Shown here piece after piece: positions 43,801 through 54,055 of a stretch of 64,000 bases of DNA. The DNA comes from an uncultured Alphaproteobacteria bacterium. GTDB taxonomy: Bacteria > Pseudomonadota > Alphaproteobacteria > Rhizobiales > Beijerinckiaceae. The notes beneath the pieces are model-generated. The model made no database searches and was not told the DNA's origin. It worked only from the letters and a program-made list of their open reading frames with translations. Positions within the stretch are counted from its first letter, which is position 1, and every line of letters begins with the position of its first letter. Made by a program: the position numbers and the translations under genes. The stretch spans positions 49,947 to 113,946 of the forward strand of contig CAWETR010000024.1 of assembly GCA_963811975.1 (NCBI GenBank), given 5' to 3'.

Positions 43801-45960
43801 ATGCTCGGGAATTGGGCGGGTCCTGCGGGACCTGGCGCCGCGTTGGCGCGCTTCACGGCGCTGCTTGCGGCGTTTTTCTGTTTGTGCGGATTTATCGCCG
43901 GCGCGCAGGCGTCCTCGCTCGACCGCGAGGCGATGAAGGCGCTGTTTCCCAAGCCCTACAGCGTCGGCGAGCGCGACGCCTCCCTGCCGGTCTGGCCGAT
44001 CTTCACGCAGAGCTACAATGGCGACGTCCTCGTCGCCTACGCCTTCGAATCGATCGATTTCGAGCCGATCCCCGGCTTCTCGGGCACGCCGGTCAATCTG
44101 CTCGTCTCGGTCAAGCCGTCGGGCGAGCTGCTCGACGTCCGCGTGCTCAGCCAGCACGAGCCGGTTTTCGTCGACGGCCTCGGCCCCGAGCCGTTGAAGG
44201 ATTTCGTCCGGCAATATGCCGGCAAGTCGCTGCGGCAATCGATCAAGATCGTCCCGCCGGGAACGCGCGATCCGCGCTCCGACAGCGTCGCGGCGGAAAT
44301 CGACGGCGTCGCCAAGGCGACGGCCTCGGTCCGCATCATCAACGAGACGATCATCAATTCGGCGTTGCAGGTCGCCCGCGCCCGGCTCGGCTTTTCCAAG
44401 GGCCGCGATCCCAATCGCGCGGCCCACGCCAAGGCCGACGTGTTCGAGCCGCTGACCTTCCAGCAGATGCTCGACCGCGGCTTCATCCGCCATCTCCATC
44501 TCACCAATGCCGAGGTCAACAAGGTCTTTGCCGGAACCGTCGCCGCCGATGTCGACGACGAGGGCCAGGCAAATCCCGGCGGAACCTTCGCGGACGTCTA
44601 TATCGCCGAGGTCGACATTCCGATCGTCGGGCGCAACCTGCTGGGCGAGGCGCATTGGCGCAAGCTGATGAACCAGCTCGACGGCGCCCCGGCGATGCTC
44701 GTGCTGTCCAGCGGACGCTGGACCTTCATGCCGGACTCGTTCGTTCCCGGCGCGACGCCGGATCTGGTCGCCCTGAGCCAGGCCGAGGCTCCGGTCGCCT
44801 GGCGCGATTTCGTCTGGCGCGACAGTCTGGACCTGCCGGTTCCCGAAGGGCTCGATCTGGCGAAAAGCGATGTCGCCATCATGCGCATCGCGCCGCAGGC
44901 GGCGTTCGACCCGGCCTCGCCGTCGGAATTTTCGATCCGGGTGATGCGTGAAAAGGGCCAGATCTTTCCCGAGCGCGTGACGCGCGATTTCTCGCTCGGC
45001 TACGGCCTGCCGAAAGACCTGTTCGACCTGCCGCCGGACGATTCCGGCCTTGGCCTCGGCTCGATCTGGGCCAGCCGCATCCGCGACATCGTCATCCTCG
45101 GCGCCGGCCTGCTGGTGCTGGCGGTGGCCTTGACCCGCCAGCGCGCGCTGACGCGCTCGCCGCGCGCCTTCAAGATCTTCCGCCTCGCCTTCCTCGCCTT
45201 CACGCTGGTCTTCATCGGCTGGATCGCGCAGGCGCAATTGTCGATCGTCTGGCTGTTCGGACTGATCAAGGCGCTCAAGGGCGAGGGCAGTTTCGTCTTC
45301 TTCCTGTGGGATCCGCCGACCCTGATGGTGGCGGCCTTCGGCCTCGTCGCCTTGTTCATCTGGGGGCGCGGGACGTTCTGCGGCTGGCTCTGCCCGTTCG
45401 GCGCGCTGCAGGAATTCGCGGGCGAGATCGCGCGCCTGCTGCGCCTGCGCCAGATCGGCCTGCCGCAACGCTACGAGCGCCTGTCGCGCCTCCCGAAATT
45501 CATCGTGCTGGCGGCCATTCTCGTCACCGCGCTGTTCTTCTCGAACCAGGCGGAAAAGGTGGCCGAGGTCGAGCCGTTCAAGACCTCGATCACGCTCATC
45601 TTCCTGCGTTCGGCGCCGTTCGTGCTCTACGCGGTCGCGCTGCTGATCGCCGGCATGTTCCATTACAAGTTCTTCTGCCGCTATCTGTGCCCGCTCGGCG
45701 CAACCTTCGCGGCTTTGAGCATCGTGCGCCGCTGGAAATGGATTCCGCGTCGCGCGGAATGCGGCTCGCCCTGCCAGATGTGCCGGGTGAAATGCCGCTA
45801 TGGCGCGATCGAGAAGAGCGGCGCGATCGTCTATTCGGAATGTTTCCAATGCCTCGATTGCGTCGCGATCCTCGACAATCCGCAGCTTTGCGTGCCGGTG
45901 GTGCTGGAGCAGAAGCGGGCGCGCAAGAAGCAGAAACAGCACTTGGAGGCGGCGCAATGA
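43801..45960 (+). CDS. NosR/NirI-like FMN-binding, 4Fe-4S membrane protein
   Basis: IPGFSGTP, HEPVFVDGLG, FMN site IDGVAKATAS, WGRGTFCGWLCPFG, FCRYLCPLG, CGSPCQMC..KC, CFQCLDC. Confidence 0.9.
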   Translation: MLGNWAGPAGPGAALARFTALLAAFFCLCGFIAGAQASSLDREAMKALFPKPYSVGERDASLPVWPIFTQSYNGDVLVAYAFESIDFEPIPGFSGTPVNLLVSVKPSGELLDVRVLSQHEPVFVDGLGPEPLKDFVRQYAGKSLRQSIKIVPPGTRDPRSDSVAAEIDGVAKATASVRIINETIINSALQVARARLGFSKGRDPNRAAHAKADVFEPLTFQQMLDRGFIRHLHLTNAEVNKVFAGTVAADVDDEGQANPGGTFADVYIAEVDIPIVGRNLLGEAHWRKLMNQLDGAPAMLVLSSGRWTFMPDSFVPGATPDLVALSQAEAPVAWRDFVWRDSLDLPVPEGLDLAKSDVAIMRIAPQAAFDPASPSEFSIRVMREKGQIFPERVTRDFSLGYGLPKDLFDLPPDDSGLGLGSIWASRIRDIVILGAGLLVLAVALTRQRALTRSPRAFKIFRLAFLAFTLVFIGWIAQAQLSIVWLFGLIKALKGEGSFVFFLWDPPTLMVAAFGLVALFIWGRGTFCGWLCPFGALQEFAGEIARLLRLRQIGLPQRYERLSRLPKFIVLAAILVTALFFSNQAEKVAEVEPFKTSITLIFLRSAPFVLYAVALLIAGMFHYKFFCRYLCPLGATFAALSIVRRWKWIPRRAECGSPCQMCRVKCRYGAIEKSGAIVYSECFQCLDCVAILDNPQLCVPVVLEQKRARKKQKQHLEAAQ

Positions 45961-46963
45961 AGACCAATCGTCGGCAGATGCTGCAACTGGCGCTGGCGGG
46001 CGCAGGGCTTGGCGCGGCAGGGCTTGGCCGCAGGAGCTTGGGCGGCGCAGCGCGAGGCGCCGGTGTTCCGTCGCGCCGGTCTCGCCTTCGACACCGGCGT
46101 CGCCCTGACAATCGTCGGGATGGAGGAGCGCGAGGCCGAAGCCGCGCTCGATGCGGGCTTCGCCGAAATCCGCCGGCTCGAGCGCGTCGCGGGCCTGTCC
46201 ACGCCCGGCAGCGACATCCGCCGCCTCAATGCCGAAGGCCGGCTGGAGCGGCCGGACCAGGCGCTGCTCGACATGCTCGCCGTCGCCGGCGACGTGCATC
46301 GCGCCAGCGGCGGCGCCTTCGACGTGACCGTGCAGCCGCTGTGGATTTTCTACGACAGCTACGCCAAGCGCGGCGAATGGCCGAGCGATGACGAGGCGGC
46401 GCAGGCGCGGAAATTGATCGGGCAAGGCGATGTCCGTTTCGACGCGCGAGTCCATTCGCTTCGAGCGTCCCGGCATGGGGATCACGCTCAACAGCTTGAC
46501 CCACGGCTATGCGGCGGATTGCGTGGCCAGGGTTCTCGCCTCGCGCGGCGTGCATCAGGCGTTCGTCGACACCGGCGAGATGGAATCGCTGGGGCGCAAC
46601 GCCCACGACCGCGACTGGACGGCGGCGGTGAAACATCCGCGCCAGCCCGACGCGATGCTCGGCACCGCGCCCGTCACCGGCTGCATGGCGACGGCAGGCG
46701 ACTACGCCTATACGTGGTCGGAGGATTATTCCCGCCACCACATCCTCGACCCGCGCACGGGCTATTCGCCGGCGTCTTTCGCATGCGTGACGGTGATCGC
46801 GGCAAAGGCCGTGGTCGCGGACGCCTTGTCCACGGCGGTTTCGGTGCTGGGGCCGATTGAGGGCGCCAAGCTCCTCAAGCGCTTCGACGCCGAGGCCTAC
46901 GGAATCACCAAGGCCGGAAAGGTCTGGGCGACGCCGGGCTTCCCGAGGCAGAATCTCGCCTGA
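45957..46963 (+). CDS. apbE: FAD:protein FMN transferase (ApbE/NosX; frameshifts near 46020 and 46450)
   Basis: Tat signal NRRQML, GAFDVTVQPLW, ITLNSLTHGYAAD, HILDPRTG, ADALSTA. Confidence 0.85.
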
Positions 46964-46975
46964 CGCCGTCTCGCT

Positions 46976-47045
46976 TCGTTGCGAGGGCCAAAAGCGAAGC
47001 AATCCACCGCGACGATGGATTGCTTCGCTCCGCTCGCAATGACGG
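46976..47045. repeat. REP-like palindromic element between convergent apbE and pqqC
   Basis: AGCGAAGCAATCCA...TGGATTGCTTCGCT 14-bp arms nested in TTGCGAG...CTCGCAATGACG; resembles rhizobial extragenic palindromes. Confidence 0.7.
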
Positions 47046-47048
47046 CTT

Positions 47049-47813
47049 TTACGCCTTCGGCGTGAACGCGCCGGGCGGGATCATGCCCTGCACATAAGCC
47101 AGATAGAGCGCGTCGAGCTGCGCCCACAGCACGTTGCACTTGAACTGCACGGCCCTGACGCAGGCGTCCTGCTCGGCGCGGGTCTTGGCGTGGGTCTTGA
47201 CGTATTCCAGCGCGAAATCGGCGTCGCGCGGGGCCTGCGACAGGCGGCGCTTGAAATAGGCCATCACGTCGTCGCTGATGAAGCTGTAGTTCTCCAGCAT
47301 GCCGGCGATGCGCTCGCGATGGATCTTCGGCGCGAACAGCTCCGTGAGCGACGAGGCGACGGCGACCACCAGCGGCTGCTCGGTCACATAGCGCACATAG
47401 GCCTCCACCGCGAAACGCGTGGCGGGCAGCGCGCCCTCCTTGGCGATGACATAGTCGCGGTCGAGCCCGAGCCCGTCGGTGAGGACCAGCCAGCGTTCGA
47501 TGCCGCCTTCCTCCTGCTCCAGGCCGTCATGGTCGTGGATGCGGTGAATCCATTCGCGGCGCAGGGCGCGGTCGTCGGTGCGGGCCATCAGCGCGGCGTC
47601 CTTGCGCGGAACGGCGTCCTGGTAGCAATAGCGGTTCAGGGCCCAGGCCTGAACCTGGCCTTTGTTCAACTGCCCGCCATGCAGCATTTTGTGGAAAATG
47701 TGCTTGTCGTGGTACCGCTCGGCGCCCACGGCGCGGATGGCGGCTTCGAACTCTTCCGGCGTCAGAAGGTCGGTTGGGGCGGAGACCTTTTCGGCCAAAG
47801 CGGCGCTGCCCAT
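47049..47813 (-). CDS. pqqC: pyrroloquinoline-quinone synthase
   Basis: RYHDKHIFH, WALNRYCYQ..PRKDA, RIHDHDG, SSLTELFAP, FKCNVLWAQLDAL. Confidence 0.96.
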   Translation of the reverse strand: MGSAALAEKVSAPTDLLTPEEFEAAIRAVGAERYHDKHIFHKMLHGGQLNKGQVQAWALNRYCYQDAVPRKDAALMARTDDRALRREWIHRIHDHDGLEQEEGGIERWLVLTDGLGLDRDYVIAKEGALPATRFAVEAYVRYVTEQPLVVAVASSLTELFAPKIHRERIAGMLENYSFISDDVMAYFKRRLSQAPRDADFALEYVKTHAKTRAEQDACVRAVQFKCNVLWAQLDALYLAYVQGMIPPGAFTPKA

Positions 47814-47850
47814 AGTTTGCTCCCGTTGTTGTTCTTGCGCGTCGTTCGAG

Positions 47851-48585
47851 CTATGTCGCGCCTTCCGAATTACCATTCCCGGGCTCGTCGATCACGTGAT
47901 AAATCTCTGCGGAAGCCCTTAGTTTTGTAAGAAGTTCGTCACGCTGGCCGCGCGGCGTCGCGATCGGCATGCGTCCGCGGATTCGCGCCGGCGCGCGGTC
48001 GAGAAAAATGATCTCGTCGGCCAGAAACAGGGCGTCGTCGAGGTCGTGGGTGGCGATCAGCGCGGTGATCCTTTGCGCGCCGATGCGCCGCGCCAGCAGC
48101 CCGCGCAGGCGCAAGTGCAGGGCGCGGTCGAGCGAGGCGAACGGCTCGTCGAGCAGCATCAGCTCGGGCTCGACGGCGAAGGCCCGCGCCAGCGCGGCGC
48201 GCCGCGCCAGTCCAAGCGACAATTGCCCCGGATAATCGCCGCCGCGTCCGTCCAGTTCGAAGGCGGCGAGGAGGTCGCTCAGGCTCGCGTCGGTCAGCTT
48301 CGGCGCGGCAAGGCGGAGGTTGTCGGCGACATTGCGCCACGGCAACAGGCGCGGCTCCTGGAAGGCCATGCCGATGCTTGCGGGAGCGCCCTTGACCGCG
48401 CCGGTAAAGTCCTTGTCGAGCCCCGCGATGATGCGCAGCAGGCTGCTCTTGCCGCAGCCCGACGGTCCGAGCAGCGCGACGATCGCGCCCTCTTTGACGT
48501 CCAGCGAAAACCGGTCGAACACCAGCCGCTCGCCATTGCCGGCGCGGCGATAGGCCTTGCGGTCGATGGTGATGTCAATCGCCAT
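47851..48585 (-). CDS. NitT/TauT-type ABC transporter ATP-binding protein
   Basis: [25 protein letters not shown] (variant signature), LLDEPF. Confidence 0.9.
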   Translation of the reverse strand: MAIDITIDRKAYRRAGNGERLVFDRFSLDVKEGAIVALLGPSGCGKSSLLRIIAGLDKDFTGAVKGAPASIGMAFQEPRLLPWRNVADNLRLAAPKLTDASLSDLLAAFELDGRGGDYPGQLSLGLARRAALARAFAVEPELMLLDEPFASLDRALHLRLRGLLARRIGAQRITALIATHDLDDALFLADEIIFLDRAPARIRGRMPIATPRGQRDELLTKLRASAEIYHVIDEPGNGNSEGAT

Positions 48586-49312
48586 GGCGCCGCCACCAGC
48601 TGGCGGACCGTTCGGCCGGCCGCAGCACAAAGGTTTCAAACACGATCATCAGCGCGACGAAGGGCAGCGCGTAAGCGAGCAGCAGCCGGAGATCGAACAG
48701 CTGAAAGGCCTCGTTCATCTTGAAGCCGACGCCATTGGGGCGCCCGAGCAATTCCACCACCAGCACGATCTTCCACACCAGCGCCAGCCCGCCGCGCGCG
48801 GCCGCCGCGAAATAGGGCGCGAGCTGCGGCAGCACGACATGGCGCCAGCGGCGCAGGCGCGGGAAGGCGAACACCTGCGCCATTTCGTCGAGCGCGGGGT
48901 CGAGCGCGCGCGCGCCTTCGCGCAGGGTGACGACGGCGTTGGGCAGCTTGTTGAGCGTGATCGCCGCGAGCGCCGAGACTTCGTTCAGGCCGCCCCAGAT
49001 ATAGGCGAGGATGATGACGACCAGCGCCGGCGTGTTGAGCAGGATCACCAGCCACGGGTCGAGCAGGCGGTCGAGCGCCGGCATGCGGCCGAGCGCGATG
49101 CCGAGCGCGGAGCCGAGCAGCATCGCGAGCGAAAAGCCTGCGAGCACGCGCGCCAGCGTTATCGCGAGATTGAACAGGAGGGCGCCGCTGCGCGCCTCGG
49201 CGGCGAGCGTCGCGCCCACGGCGGCGGGCGTCGGCAGATAGTGCGGGCCGACCATCCAGGCGCCGACCTGCCAAAGAGCGAGAAACAGGCCGAGCGAGAC
49301 GAGACGCGTCAT
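48575..49312 (-). CDS. NitT/TauT-type ABC transporter permease
   Basis: TLARV, LNTPALV, LDEMAQVF, WKIVLVVELLGRPNGVGF. Confidence 0.9.
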   Translation of the reverse strand: MTRLVSLGLFLALWQVGAWMVGPHYLPTPAAVGATLAAEARSGALLFNLAITLARVLAGFSLAMLLGSALGIALGRMPALDRLLDPWLVILLNTPALVVIILAYIWGGLNEVSALAAITLNKLPNAVVTLREGARALDPALDEMAQVFAFPRLRRWRHVVLPQLAPYFAAAARGGLALVWKIVLVVELLGRPNGVGFKMNEAFQLFDLRLLLAYALPFVALMIVFETFVLRPAERSASWWRRHGD

Positions 49313-50310
49313 TTGCTTCCGGAATCGGCGGTCGGCCGGTAGAACACGTCCGGATCGAGTTCAGCGGAACTGCCGACCAGTTGCGGCCCGCCCACGGCGG
49401 CGAGAACCTTGTAGATCGCGGCGGCGTCGGCGATGTCGTCGGCCAGCGGGCGCGCGGGAATGCCCTGGCGGTAATATTGACGCAGGATGGCCAGCGCCGC
49501 CGGATCGGCAGCGCCGGTCATCGGCGCGATCTTCGCGAAGGCTTCGTCATTGTCGGCGATCAGCCGTTTCGCCTTGGTCATCATGGCGAAGAAGCGCTGG
49601 AGAAGGGGGCCGTTCTTGGCGCCGAAGGCCTCGTCGAACACATAGCCCGTGACGATCACCGGTCCCTTGGCGCCGAGGTCGCGCTCGACCTCCGACATGT
49701 CGATGACGCGGGCGAAGCCGCTGGCCTGAAGCTTGGCGGCGAAGGTCCAGAACTCCAGCGCGGCGTCGAGTTCGCCCTGCGACAGCTTTTCGGCGAGCAA
49801 AGGCGGGGCGGCGAAGACCGGCGTCGCCTGCGCCTTGAGATCGACGTTGTGCTTGAGCGCCCAGGCCTGCAGCATCAGCCAGCTCTTGTCGAGCGAGCCG
49901 CCGGCCACGCCGAGCTTCTTGCCGACGAGATCGGCCGGCGTCCACGGGGCCGACGGCGCCCTTGGCCATCACCGCGCCGAGCGCCGTCGAATGGGGGTAG
50001 AACACCAGCTTCGTTCCGAGCGAGCGCGTGCGCGCGACCCAGAGCCAGTCGGACAGGATCATGTCGGCGCCGCCGCCGACCAGCGCGATCTTGCCGGCCT
50101 CGGTCGTGGCCAGTTCGGTGGTCTCGAAATCGATATTGGCTTCCTTGTCCAGGCCATAGGCGCGGGCGACCGCCAGCTCCCAGCCGAAGGTTCCGGTCGA
50201 TTGGATGGCGATCCGCAATTTGTCGGCGGCGTTCGCGGCGGAGGCGGAGAGCGCGAAACCGGCAAGGCTTGCGGCGACGAGAAAGCGGCGGGAGAGTACG
50301 GCGCACGAAG
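49309..50310 (-). CDS. periplasmic binding protein, PqqT-like (frameshift near 49940; start approximate)
   Basis: GTFGWEL, SDWLWVAR, GVAGGSLDKSW, APPLLAEKL..GELDAAL, GIPARP; resembles the recalled Methylorubrum PqqT. Confidence 0.8.
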
Positions 50311-50330
50311 GAAACCTCTTTCGAAGAAGT

Positions 50331-51020
50331 TCAGTTCGACTGGGGCTTGTCGCCGCCGACATGGCTGTCGGCGGAAAATTGCGCGAAATCCATCTTGCCG
50401 ACCTCGATCGCCGCCTTGGTGCGGCTGTAGACGTTCAGCTTGCGCAGGATCTCGGAGACATGCGCCTTGACGGTGGTTTCCGCGACGCCGAGCTCATAGG
50501 CGATCTGCTTGTTCTGAAGGCCGGCGCGGATCATGTCGAGCACGCGCAATTGCTGCGGCGTCAGGTCCTGCAGCCGGCGCAGCATGTCGCCGCGTTCGAT
50601 CTCGGAGGGCTGCGGCTGGTTGATGTCGCGGAAACGCTCCGGCAGATAGACCGAGCCGTTGATGACGTCGCTGATGGCGCGGGCGAGTTCGTTCTTCGAC
50701 GTCGCCTTGGAGACGAAGCCGGCGACGCCGAGCGCGAGCAGGTCGCGCACCACGCGCGGATCCTCGTGCGCCGAGACGACCATGACCGGGAGATGCGGAT
50801 GGGCGGCGCGCACGCGCACGAGGCCGGACAGGCCGGTGGTGCCGGGCAGGAACAGATCGAACAGGCCGAGATCGATATTCTTTTCCCGGGAGAGCACGTC
50901 GAGCGCCTCATCGATCGTCGTGGCCTCGAAAATTTCGCATGTCGGGCGCTCCAGCCGCACGGCGCTCTCCAGCGCCTCGCGAAACAGCGGGTGATCGTCC
51001 ACGATCAAAATGCGCGTCAT
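50331..51020 (-). CDS. NarL/LuxR-type response regulator (ErbR/AgmR-like)
   Basis: IVDDHPLFREAL, LTPQQLRVL, NKQIAYELGVAETTVKAHVSEILRKL. Confidence 0.9.
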   Translation of the reverse strand: MTRILIVDDHPLFREALESAVRLERPTCEIFEATTIDEALDVLSREKNIDLGLFDLFLPGTTGLSGLVRVRAAHPHLPVMVVSAHEDPRVVRDLLALGVAGFVSKATSKNELARAISDVINGSVYLPERFRDINQPQPSEIERGDMLRRLQDLTPQQLRVLDMIRAGLQNKQIAYELGVAETTVKAHVSEILRKLNVYSRTKAAIEVGKMDFAQFSADSHVGGDKPQSN

Positions 51021-51199
51021 CTTGGCGTTTCCCAGTCCAAGTTTGTTTTTGGCCCTGCGTCAGGACCGATCGTTCGTGCGGATGGCGTTGGCCGTCCGCG
51101 CGGCGTCCGGCAATTCGTCTGTGGATCCGTCCGGGGCGCGTCATGCAATTTGCGCCTTCGCGGCGCCGCGCGCAACCTGCGCGAAAACAGCAGCGGCAG

Positions 51200-51237
51200 G
51201 AAAAAAATGAGCGGCCGGGCGTCAGCGCGGCCGCTCG
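51200..51237 (-). terminator. intrinsic terminator after the PQQ dehydrogenase
   Basis: stem GAGCGGCCG...CGGCCGCTC followed on the minus strand by ATTTTTTT. Confidence 0.7.
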
Positions 51238-51336
51238 ATAGCGGAGGAAGCGGATCAGGTGGCGATGGCCGCCGCTTTCAGGCTTGCGCCGGAAAGCGGA
51301 CGACCCGCGCGACTATCCAGTTCTTACTGCAGGCGA

Positions 51337-53109
51337 TCACTTGGAAGCCGACTTGGGAGCCAGCTTGAACACCCAGTAAGAGCCGCCCTGGTTGATGCCC
51401 TTGAAGGACTTGGCGACTTCGCCGCCCCACAGCGGGACCGCGCCGCCCCAGCCGGCGGCGACGCCGACCATCTGCTCGCCGTCCTGTTCCCAGGTGATCG
51501 GCGGCGCCACGATGCCGGTGCCGACGTTGAACTTCCACAGCACTTCGCCGTTCTTGGCGTCGAAGGCCATCAGATAGCCTTCGGGCGTGCCCGTGAACAC
51601 CAGGCCGCCGGCCGTGGTGAGAACGCCGCCCCAGAGCGGAGCCTTGTTCTTGTATTCCCAGATCACCTTCTGGGCGACCGGGTCGATCGCCTTCAGCGAG
51701 CCGATGTGGTCTTCGAACACCGGCTTGATGTTGAAGCCCGCGCCGAGATAGGCGGCGCCCTTCTTGTAGACGACCGGCTCGTTGTGGATGTCCATGCCCC
51801 ATTCGTTCGACGGCACATAGAACAGCTTGGTCTGGTCCGAATAGGCGATCGGCATCTGGTTCTTGCCGCCGAGGAAGGACGGAACCGCCCAGACTTCAGC
51901 GCCCTTCTTGCCGTCTTCCGACTTGGTCGGGTCGCCCGGACGGAACTCTTCGTTGTAGATCGGGCGGCCGTTGGCGTCGATGCCCTTGGCCCAGGTGATC
52001 TTGCTCACGAACGGCATCGCGGAGACGAACTTGCCGTTGGTGCGGTCGAGCACATAGAAGAAGCCGTTACGATCGGCGGTGGCGCCGGCCTTCACGGTCT
52101 TGCCGTCCTTGGTCATGTCGAACGGAATGAATTCGTTCACGCCGTCGAAGTCCCAGCCGTCATGCGGGGTCGTCTGGAAGCCCCAGACCAGCTCGCCGTT
52201 TTCCGGGTTGATGGCGATGCGCGACGACGTCCACTTGTTGTCGCCGGGACGCAGCCAGGAGTTCCACGGAGCCGGGTTGCCGGTGCCGAAGAAGGCCAGC
52301 TTGGTGTCGGGATCGTAGGTGCCGCCGAGCCAGGTGGCGCCGCCGCCGGTCTTGTACATGTCGCCGGGCCAGGTCTCGTTGGCCTTGCCGGTCATGGTGC
52401 TGTCCTTGCCCTGATAGGTGCCCATCAGGCCTTCGAGCACGGGACGGGTCCAGACCAGTTCGCCGGTCTCGACGTTACGGGCCTCGACGCGGCCGACGAC
52501 GCCGAATTCGCCGCCGGACACGCCGGTCAGCAGCAGCGCGCCATTGGCCTTGGTCGGGACGATCAGCGGAGCGGCGGAGTAGGAATAGCCGGCCTTGAAG
52601 TCGTCGATGGCCTTGTGCCAGGCGACCTTGCCGGTCTTGGCGTCGAGCGCGTAGATCTGCGCGTCGAGCGTGCCGAAATAGACCTTGTCGCCGTAGATCG
52701 CCGCGCCGCGGTTGATCACGTCGCAGCAGGGCATGATGCCTTCCGGAAGACGGGCGTCGAATTCCCAGATCTTCTCGCCGGTCTTGGCGTCCATCGCGAA
52801 CAGGCGGCTGTAGGAGCCGGTGATGTAGACGATGCCGTCATGCACCAGGGCCTGGGCTTCCTGGCCGCGCTGCTTTTCGCCGCCGAAGGAGAAGGACCAG
52901 GCCGGAACGAGGTTCTTGACGTTGGTGGTGTTGATCAGCGTCAGCGGGCTGAAGCGGTGCCCCTGAAGACCCTGGCCGTTGGTGACGACCTGCTTGGTGT
53001 TGACGCTGTCGTTGAGCAGATCAGCGTCGGTGACGCCAGCGCCCATCGCGGCGCCGGCGAAGGCCATCCCCAACACGGAGACGCCAGCCAGAAGAGTGCG
53101 TTTCATCAT
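51337..53109 (-). CDS. pedH: PQQ-dependent alcohol dehydrogenase, lanthanide-dependent PedH/ExaF type
   Basis: [14 protein letters not shown], vicinal [35 protein letters not shown] with the extra Asp. Confidence 0.88.
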   Translation of the reverse strand: MMKRTLLAGVSVLGMAFAGAAMGAGVTDADLLNDSVNTKQVVTNGQGLQGHRFSPLTLINTTNVKNLVPAWSFSFGGEKQRGQEAQALVHDGIVYITGSYSRLFAMDAKTGEKIWEFDARLPEGIMPCCDVINRGAAIYGDKVYFGTLDAQIYALDAKTGKVAWHKAIDDFKAGYSYSAAPLIVPTKANGALLLTGVSGGEFGVVGRVEARNVETGELVWTRPVLEGLMGTYQGKDSTMTGKANETWPGDMYKTGGGATWLGGTYDPDTKLAFFGTGNPAPWNSWLRPGDNKWTSSRIAINPENGELVWGFQTTPHDGWDFDGVNEFIPFDMTKDGKTVKAGATADRNGFFYVLDRTNGKFVSAMPFVSKITWAKGIDANGRPIYNEEFRPGDPTKSEDGKKGAEVWAVPSFLGGKNQMPIAYSDQTKLFYVPSNEWGMDIHNEPVVYKKGAAYLGAGFNIKPVFEDHIGSLKAIDPVAQKVIWEYKNKAPLWGGVLTTAGGLVFTGTPEGYLMAFDAKNGEVLWKFNVGTGIVAPPITWEQDGEQMVGVAAGWGGAVPLWGGEVAKSFKGINQGGSYWVFKLAPKSASK

Positions 53110-53202
53110 TCCCATTCCTCCCAGAGACCTGCGCCGGCTTCGCCGACGCAATTTGATTGCGCGCGGCGGCGTTTTCGCCGCCGAGCCAAGACCGTTAAAC
53201 GG

Positions 53203-54051
53203 TCATCGTTCTTGCGACGGCGGGCGCCAGCTGACGCCGTAGGACGCAAAAATCTTCTTCAACTCGCCGGACTCCGCCATGCGGGCGATTTCCTTGTCGA
53301 TGGCGTCGGCGAGTTCGATGGAATCCGCCCTGACCGCGCCGCCGAGCGGCCAGCTCTGCGCGAGCCGATGCGGCGGGTAGACGATGCTGACGGGCTTGCC
53401 GGTCTGGTGCGCCAGGTTCTCGACCAGAGCCGATTCGCCGTAGAAGGCGACGACCTCGCCCTTTTCGAACGCTTCGGCCGCCTTGGCCTCGCCGTGCACA
53501 TGCACGACATTCGAGATGAGCTTGTGGTCGCGCGCCGACAGCAGGATGATGTCCGACAAGGTGCCGAGATCGACGGCGACCTTCTCGGTTTCGAACAGCG
53601 AAAAATCCTTGGCCGCATCGGCCTTGTCGGGCTGCACGGCCATCGCCAGGCTTTCGACCTGATAGGGCGCGGTCAGCTTGATCTTGTCATTGGCCGCTTC
53701 GACGTGGGCGTCATGGGGGACATGCAACATGATGTCGCCCGGCTGCTCGCCCAGCAGCGATCCGCGCCACACGCCGTTGCGCAGATCGTCGTTGAGATCG
53801 TCGTCGGCGCGCAGGAACAGATAGTCCGACTTGACGCCGAACGCCTTGGCGAGGGCGGCGCCGATGTCGACGTCGATGCCCTTGCGGGCGCCGTTCTCTT
53901 CCCACGACCACGGCTTGTAATCGCGATAGACGGTCACGCGCAGCACGCCGGCAGACTGGACGTCATGCAGCGTGCGGCATTGCGCCGCCTGCGGCGCGGA
54001 CGCGACACAGGCGGCGGCAAGGAACAAAGCGGCGCGGAAGGTCGCGCGCAT
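53203..54051 (-). CDS. substrate-binding-domain protein (PedG/MxaJ-like dehydrogenase accessory)
   Basis: VYRDYKPWS, GIDVDIG, DDDLRNGVWRG, DIMLHVP; sits between c550 and the ADH. Confidence 0.8.
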   Translation of the reverse strand: MRATFRAALFLAAACVASAPQAAQCRTLHDVQSAGVLRVTVYRDYKPWSWEENGARKGIDVDIGAALAKAFGVKSDYLFLRADDDLNDDLRNGVWRGSLLGEQPGDIMLHVPHDAHVEAANDKIKLTAPYQVESLAMAVQPDKADAAKDFSLFETEKVAVDLGTLSDIILLSARDHKLISNVVHVHGEAKAAEAFEKGEVVAFYGESALVENLAHQTGKPVSIVYPPHRLAQSWPLGGAVRADSIELADAIDKEIARMAESGELKKIFASYGVSWRPPSQER

Positions 54052-54055
54052 GGAC

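Noticed and set aside
43801-46963. Calling this a denitrification (nos) operon
   Set aside because: No nosZ, nosD, nosF, nosY or nosL in the window, and the context is PQQ alcohol oxidation.
51337-53109. Calling the dehydrogenase XoxF or MxaF methanol dehydrogenase
   Set aside because: The [14 protein letters not shown] and LGGKN motifs and the PedF-type cytochrome point to the ExaA/PedH ethanol dehydrogenase clade.
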